Positions 1-11,940 are shown, counted from the stretch's first letter. The stretch is 64,000 nt of DNA from Alphaproteobacteria bacterium (GCA_963555825.3 CAUVXB020000001.1:352001-416000), one strand, 5' to 3'. Notes: a model not told the origin generated them from the letters alone. Program-made: numbers and translations.

Positions 1-850
1 GGTCGTTGATATTCTGCTGGCGTAGCGCCACGGTCTTGAAGCGCGGATCCGCGAGCAGCTCGGGCCGGCCGACGGCGCGCGAGAACGCCGTCCACTCCTT
101 GTCCGACTGGACGGCGACACTGATGTAGCCGTCGGCCGTCTCATAGATCAGGTCGATGAAGCTCTGGGCCTCCTGCTGGTCGATATCGGTTTCCACGAAG
201 GTCTGGCTCGACATGTCGGACGACCACAGGAACGAGATCACCGAATCGAGCATCGAGAGCCGGACGTGCTGGCCGCCGGCGCCGCGCTCGCGGGCCAGCA
301 GTGCCGCGGTGATGGCTTGCGATCCGGTGAAGCCGGTCAGCTTGTCGGGCAGGATGGTGCGAACCAGCCGGGGCCGCGCCTCGTCGGCGCCGCCCTGGAT
401 GGTGGTCAGCCCCGAGAGCGCCTGGACCAGCGGGTCGTAGACCGGCTTGGCGGCATAGGGTCCGCGCTCGCCGAAGCCGCTGATCGAGACGTAGACGATG
501 TCGGGCGCCACGGCGCGGATGGCGTCGTAGTCCACCCCCATGCGCTCGACGACGCCGGGCCGGAAGTTCTGCACGAAGACGTCGGCGCCCGCCGCCAGCT
601 TCATCAGCACCTCGACGCCGCGTGGGTGCTTGAGGTTGAGCGCCACCGAGCGCTTGTTGCGGTTGTTGTTGAGGAACGAGGCCGAAAAGCCGCCGTGCCG
701 GTTGGAGACGCCCCGGGTGTGGTCGCCGCCGGCGGGGTTCTCGACCTTGATCACGTCGGCGCCCTGGTCGGCCAGAATCATGGTGGTCAGCGGCCCCGAC
801 ACCATGGATGTCAGGTCGATGACCCTGATGCCGTGCAGCGGACCGGGCAT
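1..850 (-). CDS. CaiB/BaiF family (class III) CoA-transferase, 3' end runs off the window
   Basis: Manual translation from ATG at 850: MPGPLHGIRVIDLTSMVSGP..LADQGADVIKVE..NRNKRSVALNLK..ADVFVQNFRPG, typical CoA-transferase III motifs; GGAG Shine-Dalgarno upstream. Confidence 0.9.
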   Translation of the reverse strand, partial: MPGPLHGIRVIDLTSMVSGPLTTMILADQGADVIKVENPAGGDHTRGVSNRHGGFSASFLNNNRNKRSVALNLKHPRGVEVLMKLAAGADVFVQNFRPGVVERMGVDYDAIRAVAPDIVYVSISGFGERGPYAAKPVYDPLVQALSGLTTIQGGADEARPRLVRTILPDKLTGFTGSQAITAALLARERGAGGQHVRLSMLDSVISFLWSSDMSSQTFVETDIDQQEAQSFIDLIYETADGYISVAVQSDKEWTAFSRAVGRPELLADPRFKTVALRQQNIND

Positions 851-960
851 GGGTGTGGACTCCTTTAGAGCGCGTGACGTGGACAATTCAGCGAACGAAA
901 TACCCTATGCGGCGAAAAATCAACAGGCGCCAGGAATGGGCAGTATCTCAGTTAAATTAT

Positions 961-1680
961 CGGGCTGTCCTAGCTAAGGGCGTTTCTGTCTCAAAATAAT
1001 CCATGTCTTCAATTGGTTAAGCAGTTCTCGGTGGTCACCTCCGTTGAACCGCCATTCGCACTCCTTGAGGAACAGGTGAAAGCTCTGTTTCGGGACGCCA
1101 TTGAAGCGCCGTAAATGCCGCTTCGCCTGGTTCCAGAAGTTCTCGATCCCGTTGATATGGCTCCGCTCGTCGACGAACCGCTCCGAGTGATTGATCCGAA
1201 CATGGTGGAAGTCCGAAACGTCCAGGGCATCATAGCTCGAAAAGCCGTCCGTATAGACGATGCTGTCAGGCCGGATCATACGCTCCATAATCGGCATCAA
1301 CGTGGCAGTCCGGGCATTGGGAATCATCGCCGTGTAGACCTTCCCACCTCGCTTCAAAAGCCCGAAAACCGGGACTTTTCCGCCAGCGCCTCGACCCCGC
1401 TTGCCTTTGCGGCGGCCGCCAAAATAACTCTCATCAACCTCGATCTCTCCGGCAAAAGGCGAGGCCTTCTCCATTTCCTCGGCAATCACCTTGCGAAGCC
1501 GAGTATAAAACGAGGCCGCCGTGTTCCGGTGGACGCCAACCAGTTCGGCTGCTGCCCGAGCCGTCGTACCCGCAACGAAGTGCTCAATCAGACGACCGCG
1601 CTTCCAATCACTGAGCCGGCTTTTCCTCTCGTACATCCCGCCATCCTAGCCTAAGCATGCCGCTTAGCTAGGACAGCCCC
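961..1680 (-). mobile_element. IS1595-family element, copy 1 (720 bp)
   Basis: Terminal IRs GGGCTGTCCTAGCTA; same element as 23346 and 61087; flanks TAAATTAT/TACATTAT (8-bp TSD with one mismatch). Confidence 0.95.
974..1636 (-). CDS. IS1595-family transposase
   Basis: EVDESYFGG, VYTDG and HINGIENFW motifs. Confidence 0.95.
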   Translation of the reverse strand: MYERKSRLSDWKRGRLIEHFVAGTTARAAAELVGVHRNTAASFYTRLRKVIAEEMEKASPFAGEIEVDESYFGGRRKGKRGRGAGGKVPVFGLLKRGGKVYTAMIPNARTATLMPIMERMIRPDSIVYTDGFSSYDALDVSDFHHVRINHSERFVDERSHINGIENFWNQAKRHLRRFNGVPKQSFHLFLKECEWRFNGGDHRELLNQLKTWIILRQKRP

Positions 1681-1784
1681 TACATTATAATGCCCCAAAA
1701 GCGTTAGGCGGACCCGAATGTTGGCTTAACTCGCCTTGCCCAAATCCGATAGCCGTCATGAACAATTGCGGCTAGCTTGGTCGG

Positions 1785-2753
1785 ATGCCGGTCGCCGTCA
1801 CTCGCCTTCTTGATGAGCCGATCATCCGTCCGAATATGGATGAGCGCATGGGCGACAACATCAACGGCCTGTCGCTGATCCGCGTGCCGAACTGGGTCGA
1901 GGGCCGGCTTGGCCGCTACTATCTCTATTTCGCGGATCACAAGGGCGCCTACATTCTCCTGGCCTACGCCGACGCGTTGACCGGACCCTGGACGCCGCAC
2001 ACGCCGGGCGTTCTCGACGTCGCGGAGTCACTGTTCGAAGCCGTCGATCCGCCGGAGCCGCCCGAAGCCGACCGGCCGCCTTGGGCCGAGAAGTTGAAGG
2101 GCGGGTATCTCTATGCGCATGTCGCCTCGCCCGACGTTGACGTGGACCACGGTGATCGACGCATACGCATGTAATATCACGGTCTGCTGTGGAACGGCTA
2201 TCAGCAGACCCGGCTCGCCACCTCGTGCGACGGTGTCAGGTTCGAGCCGCTGGAGCCGCTGCTTGGCCCGCCGTACTTCCGCGCTTTCGAGTACGCGGGT
2301 TACGTCTATGCGCTTGTCGGAAGCGGTGGGATATGGCGCGCTCGCCGACGGGAGCGTCCATTCGAGCACGGGCCCAACATCATCGCCTCGGCGGGCGGTG
2401 GCGGGATCGACAATGGCTGCCGTCACGGGGCGGTGCATCGGGTGGCGGACAGGCTGCACGTCTTTTACACCCGAAAAGGTGAGCGGCCGGAAGGCATCCT
2501 CCATGCCGTGGTCGACCTCACGCGTCACTGGACCGACTGGGTGGCGCGCGATCCGGTCACCGTTCTTGAACCGGAATTGGATTGGGAAGGCGCCGACCTG
2601 CCGCTCGGGACGTCGATCATGGGTGCTGCCGACCGACGGGTCCGTGAGCTGCGGGATCCCGGCGTCTTCGAGGACGCGGACGGCAAGACCTATTTGCTTT
2701 ACTGCGGCGCGGGAGAGAGTGGCATCGGCCTGGCCGCCATTTCCGGGCTATAG
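1785..2753 (+). pseudogene. Glycoside-hydrolase-like (probable five-bladed beta-propeller) protein with in-frame TAA at 2172-2174
   Basis: ORFs 1785-2174 and 2433-2753 share a frame; reads IRM*YHG; YYLYFA, HVASPDV and ELRDP motifs. Confidence 0.75.
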
Positions 2754-2801
2754 AAGGCGACCGTTCAAAGCCTATTCTCTCCAACTTGGGTTGACGGGGT
2801 C

Positions 2802-3809
2802 CTACGAGTCGGTCTGAACGCCGCCCAGATGGCGCGGCATGGGGTTGCGAATTTGGCCGTTGATGACATCGCGCGGCCTGTACAGCCCATCAAGGGCCTC
2901 GATCTCATCGGAGCTGAGTTCAAAATCGAGTGCCTTAACATAACCTTCCAATTGGCTCACCGAAGCGGGGCCGACGATGGGGCAGCAAATCGCCTCCTTC
3001 GCGAGAACCCAGGCGAAAGCCACCTCGGCCATAGTCGTGCACTGTTCCTTCGCCGTAGCCTCGACCTTGGCGCAGATTTCCTTATCCAGCGCATCGCCAA
3101 AGAACTTGGTAAAGAATGCATCGGTTTGCGATCGGATATCCGTGCTGCCCGCCAACCAGCCCCTGGCTAACGGGCTGAAACACGTCACGGCAATCCCCTG
3201 ATCACGACAATAGGGCAGCATCTCCCGCTCTTCTTCGCGGTAGAGCAGGCTGTACTGGCACTGCATATTCACGAAGGGCGTCCAGCCGTTATTCCGAGCC
3301 ACGTGGTTCATCTGCGCGAATTGCCACGCAAACATGTTCGAGGCGCCTAATTAGCGAGCCTTGCCGGATTTTACGATGTCGTGGAGAGCACCCATGGTTT
3401 CCTCCATGGGGGTTTGGGGATCAAAACTATGGATCATGAAGATATCGACATAGTCGGTGCCCATTCTGCCCAGGCTGGCCTCGACGGCAGAAAGCAGGTG
3501 CTTGCGCGGTAGGCCCCGATCATTGGGATCGTCGCTCATCGCGTAACAAGCCTTGGTGGTCAGCACCAGATTGTCTCGGGGAACCATGGATGTCAGCGCC
3601 GAGGCCACGACACGTTCGCCTTCGCCAATCGAGTACCAATTCGCCATGTCGAAGAAAGTAATGCCGAGATCGAGGCATCGTTTAAGGAGCGGCCGCGCGT
3701 CCGCCTCGTCCAGCACCCAGGGTTTCCATTCGCTGGACCCGATGGTCATCGTGCCAAAACACAGTTTGCTGACCTTCAGGCCGGTCCGCCCAAATGAAAC
3801 AATTTCCAT
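2802..3809 (-). pseudogene. Aldo/keto reductase with in-frame TAA at 3351-3353
   Basis: GRTGLKVSKLCFGTM, GITFFDMANWY and SPLARG motifs; reads GKAR*LGASNM where AKRs have GK.RY.G.SN. Confidence 0.9.
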
Positions 3810-5401
3810 GGTCTATGCCTCGCCCTGTACATCAGATGACTACGGTCGGACGTTTCGGGTCAGGTTATCCGTGTCCACAAATACGATGGCGCTTCCATTG
3901 TACTTGCCGAAGGCGATCCAGGTTCTTGTCATGGGTCGTACACCAGCCGAATCAGCACTTCCAAATCACCGTGCCATGATTAACGTAGGAACCGGTACAT
4001 AAGATGGGCGCAGGTCACGACCGGGGCCTGCGCCACCCGATCGACCGCAAGCGCGGCGTCGACATCTACGAAACTACCGTGTTTTGACAATAATCTTCGT
4101 AATTACAGCGATTTAGGAGGCATTCCATGGCGCGTGATCCGCGATACGACGTTCTGTTCGAGCCGATCAAGATTGGCCCCGTCACGGCGCCCAACCGATT
4201 CTACCAAGTACCCCACTGCAACGGCATGGGGCGGGTTCATCCGACCAGCATGGCCCATATGCGCGGCATGAAGGCCGAGGGCGGCTGGGGCATTGTCGCC
4301 ACCGAGCAGTGCGACATTCACCACACCGCCGACATCGCTCCTTCTACGGAGACCCGCATGTGGGACGACGGCGACAAGAACTATCTGGCGCGCATGGCCG
4401 AGGCGGTCAGGGCCCATGGCAGCCTGGCCGCTATCGAGCTGGTGCACAACTCGATCTCCGCGTCCAACCTCTACAGCCGCGAGGTGCCGATCGGACCCAT
4501 GCACCGCCCGGTCAAGTGGACCAACCACCCGGTCCAGGCGCGGGCCATGGATTTGTCCGACATCCGCGACTACCGCCGCTGGCACCGCAATACGGCAATC
4601 CGCGCCCGCGACGCCGGGTTCAATATCGTCGTGGTCTATTCGGGCCACGACGGCACCCTGCCGACTTTCTTCCTGTCGAAGCGCCACAACCAGCGCACGG
4701 ACGAGTATGGCGGCAGCCTGGAGAACCGCCTGCGCCTGTTCCGCGAACTCATCGAGGAGACCAAGGACGCGGTCGGCGACACCATGGCGGTGGTGGTGCG
4801 TTTCGCGGTCGACGAGATGATGGGCGCCGACGGCATGGAGTGGGCCGGTGAGGGCCGCGACGCGGTCGAGATGCTGGCCGAGCTGCCCGACATGTGGGAC
4901 GTCAACGTCTCCGACTGGGCCAACGATTCCACGACCTCGCGGTTCGCCGAGGAAGGCTATCAGGAGGCGTTCATCGGCTTCGTCAAGCAGGTCACCACCA
5001 AGCCGGTGGCCGCCGTCGGCCGCTATACCTCGCCCGACGCCATGGTCTCGGCGATCCGCCGCGGCGTGGTCGACGTGATCGGCGCGGCGCGGCCCTCCAT
5101 CGCCGACCCGTTCCTGCCCAAGAAGATCGAGGAAGGCCGCATCGAGGATATCCGCGAGTGCATTGGCTGCAATATCTGCGTCGCCTGGAACAACATGGCC
5201 GCGCCGCTCCGCTGCACCCAGAACCCGACCCAGGGCGAGGAATGGCGCAAGGGCTGGCACCCGGAGAAGATTCCGGCCAAGGGTGAGAACGGCAGAGCAA
5301 TAATCCCCCACTGAAGCGGCCGGTCGATCCGGCTGCGGCGGACCAAAATGGGACCGCGTATAGCCTTCTGTCAGGGTTGCTCTGACTGGAAGGCGGGGGG
5401 G

Positions 5402-6901
5402 ATGTATCGGGTGGAGTTGTACGCACGGGTTCGGCGGGCGTGTCATGTCGAGGGGATGAGCACCCGCGAGGCCTCGCGGGTGTTTGGTGTAGACCGCAAG
5501 ACGGTCCGTAAGATGCTGTCGTTCTCGGTGCCGCCAGGGTATCGCCGAAGCGCGCCGCCGAGGCGGCCAAAGCTGGGTCCGTTCACGGGAATCATCGATC
5601 GGATCTTGGAAGACGATCGGACCAGCCACCGCAAGCAACGGCACACTGCGAAGCGCATCTTCGACCGCCTCCGGGACGAGTACGGTTTCACGGGCGGCTA
5701 CACCATCGTGAAGGACTACGTTCGTGAGCAGGGGCTTCGGTCGCGTGAGGTGTTCGTGCCACTCTCCCATTCCCCCGGTCACGCCCAGGCGGACTTCGGC
5801 GAAGCGATGGCGGTGATCGGCGGCGCGTTACGGAAGATCCACTTCCTTGCCTTCGACCTTCCCCACAGTGATGGTTGCTTTGTTGCGGCCTATCCGGCGG
5901 AGACGACCGAAGCATTCTGCGATGGCCACAACGCGGCGTTTGCCTTCTTCGGCGGCGTCCCCCGATCCATCCTGTACGACAACACCAAGCTGGCGGTTGC
6001 CCGGATCCTGGGCGATGGGAAGCGGCAGCGAACGCGCGTCTTCACGGAGCTTCAGTCCCACTATCTGTTCGAGGACAGGTTCGGCCGGCCGGGCAAGGGC
6101 AACGACAAGGGCAAGGTCGAGGGACTGGTCGGCTTCATCCGGCGGAACTTCCTGGTCCCCGTCCCGCGTGCCGAGAGCTTCGCGGCCCTCAACGATGCTC
6201 TCGCCGAACAGTGCCGCCGGCGCCAGGCGGCGCGGCTGCGGGGCCACAAGGAGACCATCGGCGAGCGTCTCGAGCGGGATCGTCAAGTTCTCTTGCCATT
6301 GCCGCCTGCTCCCTATGATGCCTGCGATAAGCGCCCTGGACGGGCGAGTTCGCTGTCGCTGGTGCGTTACCGCAGCAACGACTATTCCGTGCCCGTGGCC
6401 TACGGCCACCGTGAGGTGCTCATCCGGGGCTACGTCGATGAGGTGGTGATCAGCTGCGGGGCCGAGGTGATCGCCCGGCACCGCCGGTCCTACGACAGCG
6501 AGGACCTGATCTTCGACCCGCTGCATTACCTGCCCTTGATCGAGCAGAAGATCGGCGCCCTCGACCAGGCCGCGCCATTGGCGGGCTGGGACCTGCCCGA
6601 GGCCTTCATCACTCTGCGGCGGCTCCTCGAAGCTCGTATGGGCAAGGCAGGCAAGCGCGAGTACGTCCAGGTGCTCCGTCTACTGGAGACCTTCCGGCTC
6701 GAGGAGGTCGAGGGTGCGGTCGGCGACGCCCTGCGGCTCGGCGCAATCGGCTTTGATGCGGTGAAGCACCTGGTACTGTGCCGCATCGAGCGGCGGCCGC
6801 CCAGGCTCAACCTCGACGTCTATCCGTATCTGCCGCGCGCCCGGGTCGCGATGACGTCCGCCAAGTCGTACATGAGCCTGCTGTCGGGGCTCGGCGCATG
6901 A
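5402..6901 (+). CDS. istA: IS21 transposase IstA
   Basis: HAQADFG, LYDN and KGKVE motifs of the DDE integrase core. Confidence 0.95.
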   Translation: MYRVELYARVRRACHVEGMSTREASRVFGVDRKTVRKMLSFSVPPGYRRSAPPRRPKLGPFTGIIDRILEDDRTSHRKQRHTAKRIFDRLRDEYGFTGGYTIVKDYVREQGLRSREVFVPLSHSPGHAQADFGEAMAVIGGALRKIHFLAFDLPHSDGCFVAAYPAETTEAFCDGHNAAFAFFGGVPRSILYDNTKLAVARILGDGKRQRTRVFTELQSHYLFEDRFGRPGKGNDKGKVEGLVGFIRRNFLVPVPRAESFAALNDALAEQCRRRQAARLRGHKETIGERLERDRQVLLPLPPAPYDACDKRPGRASSLSLVRYRSNDYSVPVAYGHREVLIRGYVDEVVISCGAEVIARHRRSYDSEDLIFDPLHYLPLIEQKIGALDQAAPLAGWDLPEAFITLRRLLEARMGKAGKREYVQVLRLLETFRLEEVEGAVGDALRLGAIGFDAVKHLVLCRIERRPPRLNLDVYPYLPRARVAMTSAKSYMSLLSGLGA

Positions 6902-7662
6902 CCGACACACCGCAAGTGCTGCTCGCCCACCACCTCAAGACGCTGAAGCTGCCGACCTTCCTGCGCGAGTACGACAAGATCGCCCGGCAGTGCGCCTCGG
7001 AAGGCGTCGATCACGTCCGCTACCTGTTGAGACTCGCCGAGCTCGAGCTGATCGACCGCGAGCGCCGCATGGTCGAGCGGCGCATCAAGGCGGCGCGCTT
7101 CCCCGTGGTCAAGAGCCTCGACAGCTTCGACTTCAAGGTCATCCCCTCGCTCAACAAGGCGCTGGTCCTGGAGCTGGCCCGCTGCGAGTACATCGAGCGC
7201 CGCGAGAACCTCATCGCGCTCGGCAACAGTGGGACCGGCAAGACCCACATCGCCCTCGGTCTCGGCCTGGCGGCCTGCCAGAAGGGCCTCTCGGTCGGCT
7301 TCATCACCGCCGCCGCGCTGGTCCACGAACTCATCGAGGCCCGCGATGACAAGCAGCTGCTGAGGTTCCAGAAGAAGCTCGCCACCTACAAGCTTCTGAT
7401 CGTCGACGAACTCGGCTTCGTGCCGCTGTCGAAGACCGGCGCCGAGCTGTTGTTCGAGGTGTTCAGCCAACGCTACGAGCGGGGCTCGACCCTGGTCACC
7501 ACCAATCTGCCCTTCGACGAATGGACCGAGGTGTTCGGCTCCGAGCGCCTCACCGGCGCGCTCCTCGATCGCCTCACCCACCACGTCAACATCCTCGAGA
7601 TGAACGGTGACAGCTACAGGCTCAACCAGAGCCGCAGGCGTCAAACCCCGACTGCTAACTGA
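6898..7662 (+). CDS. istB: IS21 helper ATPase IstB
   Basis: Walker A GNSGTGKT, Walker B LLIVDELG, LLDRLTHH; ATGA overlap with istA. Confidence 0.95.
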   Translation: MTDTPQVLLAHHLKTLKLPTFLREYDKIARQCASEGVDHVRYLLRLAELELIDRERRMVERRIKAARFPVVKSLDSFDFKVIPSLNKALVLELARCEYIERRENLIALGNSGTGKTHIALGLGLAACQKGLSVGFITAAALVHELIEARDDKQLLRFQKKLATYKLLIVDELGFVPLSKTGAELLFEVFSQRYERGSTLVTTNLPFDEWTEVFGSERLTGALLDRLTHHVNILEMNGDSYRLNQSRRRQTPTAN

Positions 7663-8806
7663 ACCGACCACCCAGCCCACGCTTGACCCCGTGGGCCCAC
7701 AGGTCCCTCCCGCGCGCGCCGCCGCGTCAGCCTGTTGAGGGCACGCCGCGTCGCGCGCGGGGCCCTCCCGTGGACTACGGGGACAAGCCCGCAGCCGCCA
7801 AGCGGTCCCTTCTTACACCGCCGAGGTGGTCCCTTTTTGCTCCGCCATTGACACAAGGGCTCGGACGCCAGCGTGCTGGTGGTCGGGGCCGGCCCGGCGG
7901 GCCTCGAGGCGGCGCGGGCCCTGGGCCAGCGGGGCTACACCGTTACCCTGGCCGAGGCCGGCGACGAACTCGGCGGCCGCGTTACGCTTGAGAGCGCCCT
8001 GCCGGGGCTTTCCGCCTGGGTCCGGGTGCGCGACTACAGGGTCGGCCAAATCCGCGAGATGGCCAATGTGGAAGTCTTCCTGGCCAGTGACATGACCGCC
8101 GAGCATGTCCGCGAACTCGGCCCCGATCATGTGGCGATCGCGACCGGCTCACACTGGCGCCCCGACGGCATGGGCCGGGCCAACTTGGCACCGGTGCCCG
8201 GCGCCGATAGCGCCAGCGTGCTGACGCCGGACGACATCATGGCCGGCAAGCGGCCGGTGGGGCCGGTGATCATCTACGACGACGACCACTACTACATGGG
8301 CAACGTCATTGCCGAACTCCTGCGCGGCGAAGGCCACGACGTGACCCTGGCGACCCCGGCGCTGTGCATCGCCCAGTGGACCCAGTACACCCTGGAACAG
8401 GAAAAGATCGAGCGCCGCATGGTTGACCTCGGCATCGAAATCCTCGCCCGCCACCGCCTGTCGGCCGTCGGCGACGGCACGGTGGAAATGGTCGAGAGCC
8501 TGACCGGCGCCACGGTGACGCGGCCGGGCAGCGTGGTCTCGGTGACGGCGCGGCTGCCGCGCGACGCGCTCTACTATGCCCTGAGCGGCGACGCCCAGGC
8601 CCTGGCCGATGCCGGCATCCAGTCGGTCAAGCGCGTTGGCGATTGCTACGGCCCGGCGACCATCGCCGCCGCGGTCTACGAAGGCCACCGCTACGCCCGC
8701 GAACTCGATACCGAGGTCGACCCGGACTCGGTGCCGTTCCACCGCGAGCGCTACGAACTTGACTCGGTCTGAAACGAGCTATTGTCAAAAGTTGTGTATG
8801 GGCTGA

Positions 8807-10051
8807 TCATGCGGCGGCGCGATCCTGGCGTTCTCCATCTACGAATTTGACGCCGCGAATGATCTCGGCGAGATGGTTCGATCCATCGAGTTTTCTCCAT
8901 TTTCTCTGAGCGCACTGGCATAGTTTGAAGACCATGGCCATCGCCGTCTTGCGCGACAGGCAGCCCTTGGTCCGGTAGGTGCGCAGACGAACCGTGGCGA
9001 ACGTGCTCTCGATGGGGTTGGTCGTGCGTACATGCTTCCAGTGCTCGGCGGGGAAGTCGTAGAACGTCAGCAGGACGTCGCGGTCCTTGGCCAGGCAGGC
9101 CGCGGCCTTGTCGTACTTCGGCCCGTAGGCTTCCAGGAAGAAGTCGAAGGCGCTCTCGGCATCCTTCCTGGTTTCGGCCATCCAGATGTCTTGCAGGCGC
9201 CCCTTGGCTTTCTTTTGCAGACCCTTGGGCAGCTTGTTCAAGACGTTGCCCGTCTTGTGAACCCAGCAGCGTTGCTCGCGGGCGCCTGGGTAGACTTGGC
9301 GGAGCGCCTTCCAGAAGCCGAGCGCGCCGTCGCCGAGCGCCAGTTGCGGACCCATTTCAAGGCCGCGCCGCTTGAGATCGAGCAGAACTTCGAGCCAGGA
9401 CTGCTCACTTTCGCGATAGCCGTCGGCGATGGCGATCAGTTCCTTCTGTCCCTTGTCCGTGGCCCCGACGATCACCAGGATGCACTGCTTCTCTTCCTCC
9501 ATGCGGGCGCTGAAATAGATGCCGTCCACCCAGAAATAGACGTAGCGCTTGGCCGTGAGGTCGCGCCGTTGCCAGCGCTCCGCCTCAACCCCCCAGACCT
9601 CTTTCAGCCGGGTGATCGTGGAGGCCGAAAGCCCCGGCGCGGAGCTCCCCAGGAGCGCCGCCAAGGCTTCCCCGAAGTCGCCGGTGGAAATGCCCTTCAG
9701 ATACAGCCATGGCAAAAGGTCTTCCAGGCTCTTGGCGCGGCGCAGATAGCGCGGCAGGATCGCCGACGTGAAGCGGATGGCGCCGTCCCCCCGGTCCCGC
9801 ACACGGGGTTGGCGCACGCTCACCGGGCCGATCCCGGTCTGGATGAAGCGTTCCGGCAGATATCCATTGCGGACAACCCGGCGGCGGCCGGCGGCGTCAA
9901 CAAGCGCCGCATGGCTACCCAAAAACACGGAGACCTCGGCCTCAACGGCTTGGGCCAACAACTCGCGAGCTCCAGCTTGTAGGACTTCCGTCAACGGATC
10001 TTTCTGAAAATCAGATGGGTTTTGAAAAGCAACAACGGTATTCTCTTTCAT
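8807..10051 (-). CDS. IS256-family (Mutator-like) transposase
   Basis: RNGY, YFWVDG, GDGALGF, QRCWVHK and RTTNPIES motifs. Confidence 0.95.
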   Translation of the reverse strand: MKENTVVAFQNPSDFQKDPLTEVLQAGARELLAQAVEAEVSVFLGSHAALVDAAGRRRVVRNGYLPERFIQTGIGPVSVRQPRVRDRGDGAIRFTSAILPRYLRRAKSLEDLLPWLYLKGISTGDFGEALAALLGSSAPGLSASTITRLKEVWGVEAERWQRRDLTAKRYVYFWVDGIYFSARMEEEKQCILVIVGATDKGQKELIAIADGYRESEQSWLEVLLDLKRRGLEMGPQLALGDGALGFWKALRQVYPGAREQRCWVHKTGNVLNKLPKGLQKKAKGRLQDIWMAETRKDAESAFDFFLEAYGPKYDKAAACLAKDRDVLLTFYDFPAEHWKHVRTTNPIESTFATVRLRTYRTKGCLSRKTAMAMVFKLCQCAQRKWRKLDGSNHLAEIIRGVKFVDGERQDRAAA

Positions 10052-10139
10052 GGCGTATCCTTCCTTGGCTTAGCTCAAGTGGTGACATCAACAATCACCA
10101 GGATACGCCGCCTTCATTTCAACGCCGTACACAAGATTC

Positions 10140-11940
10140 GACGGGGCGATAAAAAGTTGTTGGCCGATGGCGTGCTTGTACAGGTCTTTGCGGTTCGGTG
10201 AAGAATATTTGCCTGTCTCCGCGTTGCTGGTGGATAAAACCTGATATTACCTACCCTTGGCTTCTCCTTGGCTTCGTTTTTTATGGTGCGATTGCCGCGC
10301 AGCGTCGGATATTGAGGCCGAGGGCACGCAGATTGACCACGTAGCGCATGGCCGGCATGCCGCGAATGCGTAGGTGAGCCAGGTTCATCTGGTACTTTAA
10401 TCGCGACATGGTCGCTTCTATGCCGGCCCGCCATCTGTAGACGTTGCGGAAGGCATCGCTTTGTTCATAAAGCCGGCGCTTTTGGTTGGCAGCCCTGGCC
10501 GGGGTATATTGAAAGCGGGAAAATTGGCCGTCACGCTTGGCCGCCTGCACGGGACATCGCAGTATATCGGGACATTTTTGGCAGATGGAGAGGTCGAAAC
10601 GGGCCTGCAGCTTGGCTTTGGCGAGCGAGGCTGAAACCGGTTCGACGTTATTGGGACAGCGCAAGACCAAGCCTTCTTCGTTGAGAGTGAAATCCTCCAA
10701 CGTCAACCGTCCCGAGACGGCGCCTTTCGGCGGTCGTGCGGGCGCCACGAGATTGATGTTCTGTTCGCGCGTCAGAGCCATGTTGTCACTGGAACCGTAA
10801 TGTGAATCACCCAGCATCACCGCCGGCGTCAGCGCGCGCTCGCTCAGATCATCCAGCGCATCGGCTAAGCGATGGCCGTCATGCACCGTCATCTTGTGGA
10901 CCTCCACGTGGGTGATGAGGTCCGGTGTCGCGGCAACCGCCTCGTTACTGACATCTTCACAATAGGTTTCGACGATCTGCGCCATGTATCCTTGACCCTT
11001 GTGCGCGTTGTAGCTCGCGTCCGGGTCGGCCGGATTGCCGACGGTATCGCACGGCACATCCTTTGGATCTCGAATCGCGGCGCGCGTTGCGTCACGATCG
11101 CCATACTCATCATCAACGATCTCGAACTGATCGCGCAGAACCCTCTCCAGGATCGCAAAACTGGAAAGCTTTGCCGCCGCCGTGTCACGGAATTGCAGCA
11201 CCAGGGCTAGGAGATACTGACCCGCTTCGCCGAGGCGCCGTTTTGAAACACTCGGCGCCGTATTCGCGAACGCGCCATTACCCTCGCGATCGACATAGCG
11301 GCGGATCACCTCCTTGCTGATCTGCTCGTGCAGACCGGGATGATATCGCTCAAGCTCACGGGCAAACTTCGAGATGCTCTCAACAACGATACCAAGTCGT
11401 GTCAGCGCCCGCATTGCCGAACGAAGGGCCGTCGAATCCATGCGTTGGTGGCTGGTATCGACAGAGAACCCCTGCACCAGCCGATCCGTCAAACACCGGA
11501 ACAGCAATTCATCGAGACCTTGTTCGATAAACAGACGGCGATAGTTGCGCAGGGTTTTCTCACAGAAATAGCTGTCCGCTTCGCTGCGCACGTCCAAGGC
11601 ATAGTGCCACGCCATATTGAAGGCCAGGGCCTCGACGGTCTCTGCATCGCTCAGATCGTGCAGCTGCTGCAAAAGCAAGACCCCGATGACAACGTGTAGA
11701 TCCTTCGATGGTCGGCCCATGCGTTCATCAAGGTGACGGCAAAGATCGTCAACCGGAAGTTCGACAAGCAGATGGTTCCGAAAAACCCCGGCCCAGGATT
11801 GCTCCATCAGGCGCCGACGTTTGTCCCCGAAATCGGACCAGCGATCAAACAATTCCCCAGTCCGTCGGTCGCGTAAAGTAAACATGCACAATTATAATCC
11901 AGCCGACTCTCATGAGGAATCGACTTTTTACCGCCCCGTC
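10140..11940 (-). mobile_element. IS1182/IS5-like element nested in the IS256 IR
   Basis: IRs GACGGGGCG(A/G)TAAAAAGT; 7-bp TSD AAGATTC (10133-10139 and 11941-11947). Confidence 0.9.
10281..11891 (-). CDS. DDE transposase (DUF772 N-terminus, IS1182/IS5-like)
   Basis: GRPS..LSD.E, RMDST, DPDA, GDSHY and Y..RAGIEATMS.LK motifs. Confidence 0.85.
   Translation of the reverse strand: MCMFTLRDRRTGELFDRWSDFGDKRRRLMEQSWAGVFRNHLLVELPVDDLCRHLDERMGRPSKDLHVVIGVLLLQQLHDLSDAETVEALAFNMAWHYALDVRSEADSYFCEKTLRNYRRLFIEQGLDELLFRCLTDRLVQGFSVDTSHQRMDSTALRSAMRALTRLGIVVESISKFARELERYHPGLHEQISKEVIRRYVDREGNGAFANTAPSVSKRRLGEAGQYLLALVLQFRDTAAAKLSSFAILERVLRDQFEIVDDEYGDRDATRAAIRDPKDVPCDTVGNPADPDASYNAHKGQGYMAQIVETYCEDVSNEAVAATPDLITHVEVHKMTVHDGHRLADALDDLSERALTPAVMLGDSHYGSSDNMALTREQNINLVAPARPPKGAVSGRLTLEDFTLNEEGLVLRCPNNVEPVSASLAKAKLQARFDLSICQKCPDILRCPVQAAKRDGQFSRFQYTPARAANQKRRLYEQSDAFRNVYRWRAGIEATMSRLKYQMNLAHLRIRGMPAMRYVVNLRALGLNIRRCAAIAP

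Larger units (their letters stand above)
5284..7853 (+). mobile_element. IS21-family element, copy 1 (2570 bp)
   Basis: TG...CA ends, istA/istB pair, 6-bp TSD CAAGGG (5278-5283 and 7854-7859). Confidence 0.95.
4127..8772 (+). pseudogene. Trimethylamine/dimethylamine/histamine dehydrogenase-family flavoenzyme, split by IS21
   Basis: YQVPHC flavinylation motif, RTDEYGGSLENR, CIGCNIC..C [4Fe-4S] motif; removing the IS and one CAAGGG copy restores IPAKGSDASVLVVGAGPAG. Confidence 0.92.

Noticed and set aside
4103-5782. Long antisense ORFs (e.g. 4103-5782, 33778-35391, 42835-44400, 52330-53895)
   Set aside because: Shadow frames of real GC-rich genes, with no motifs
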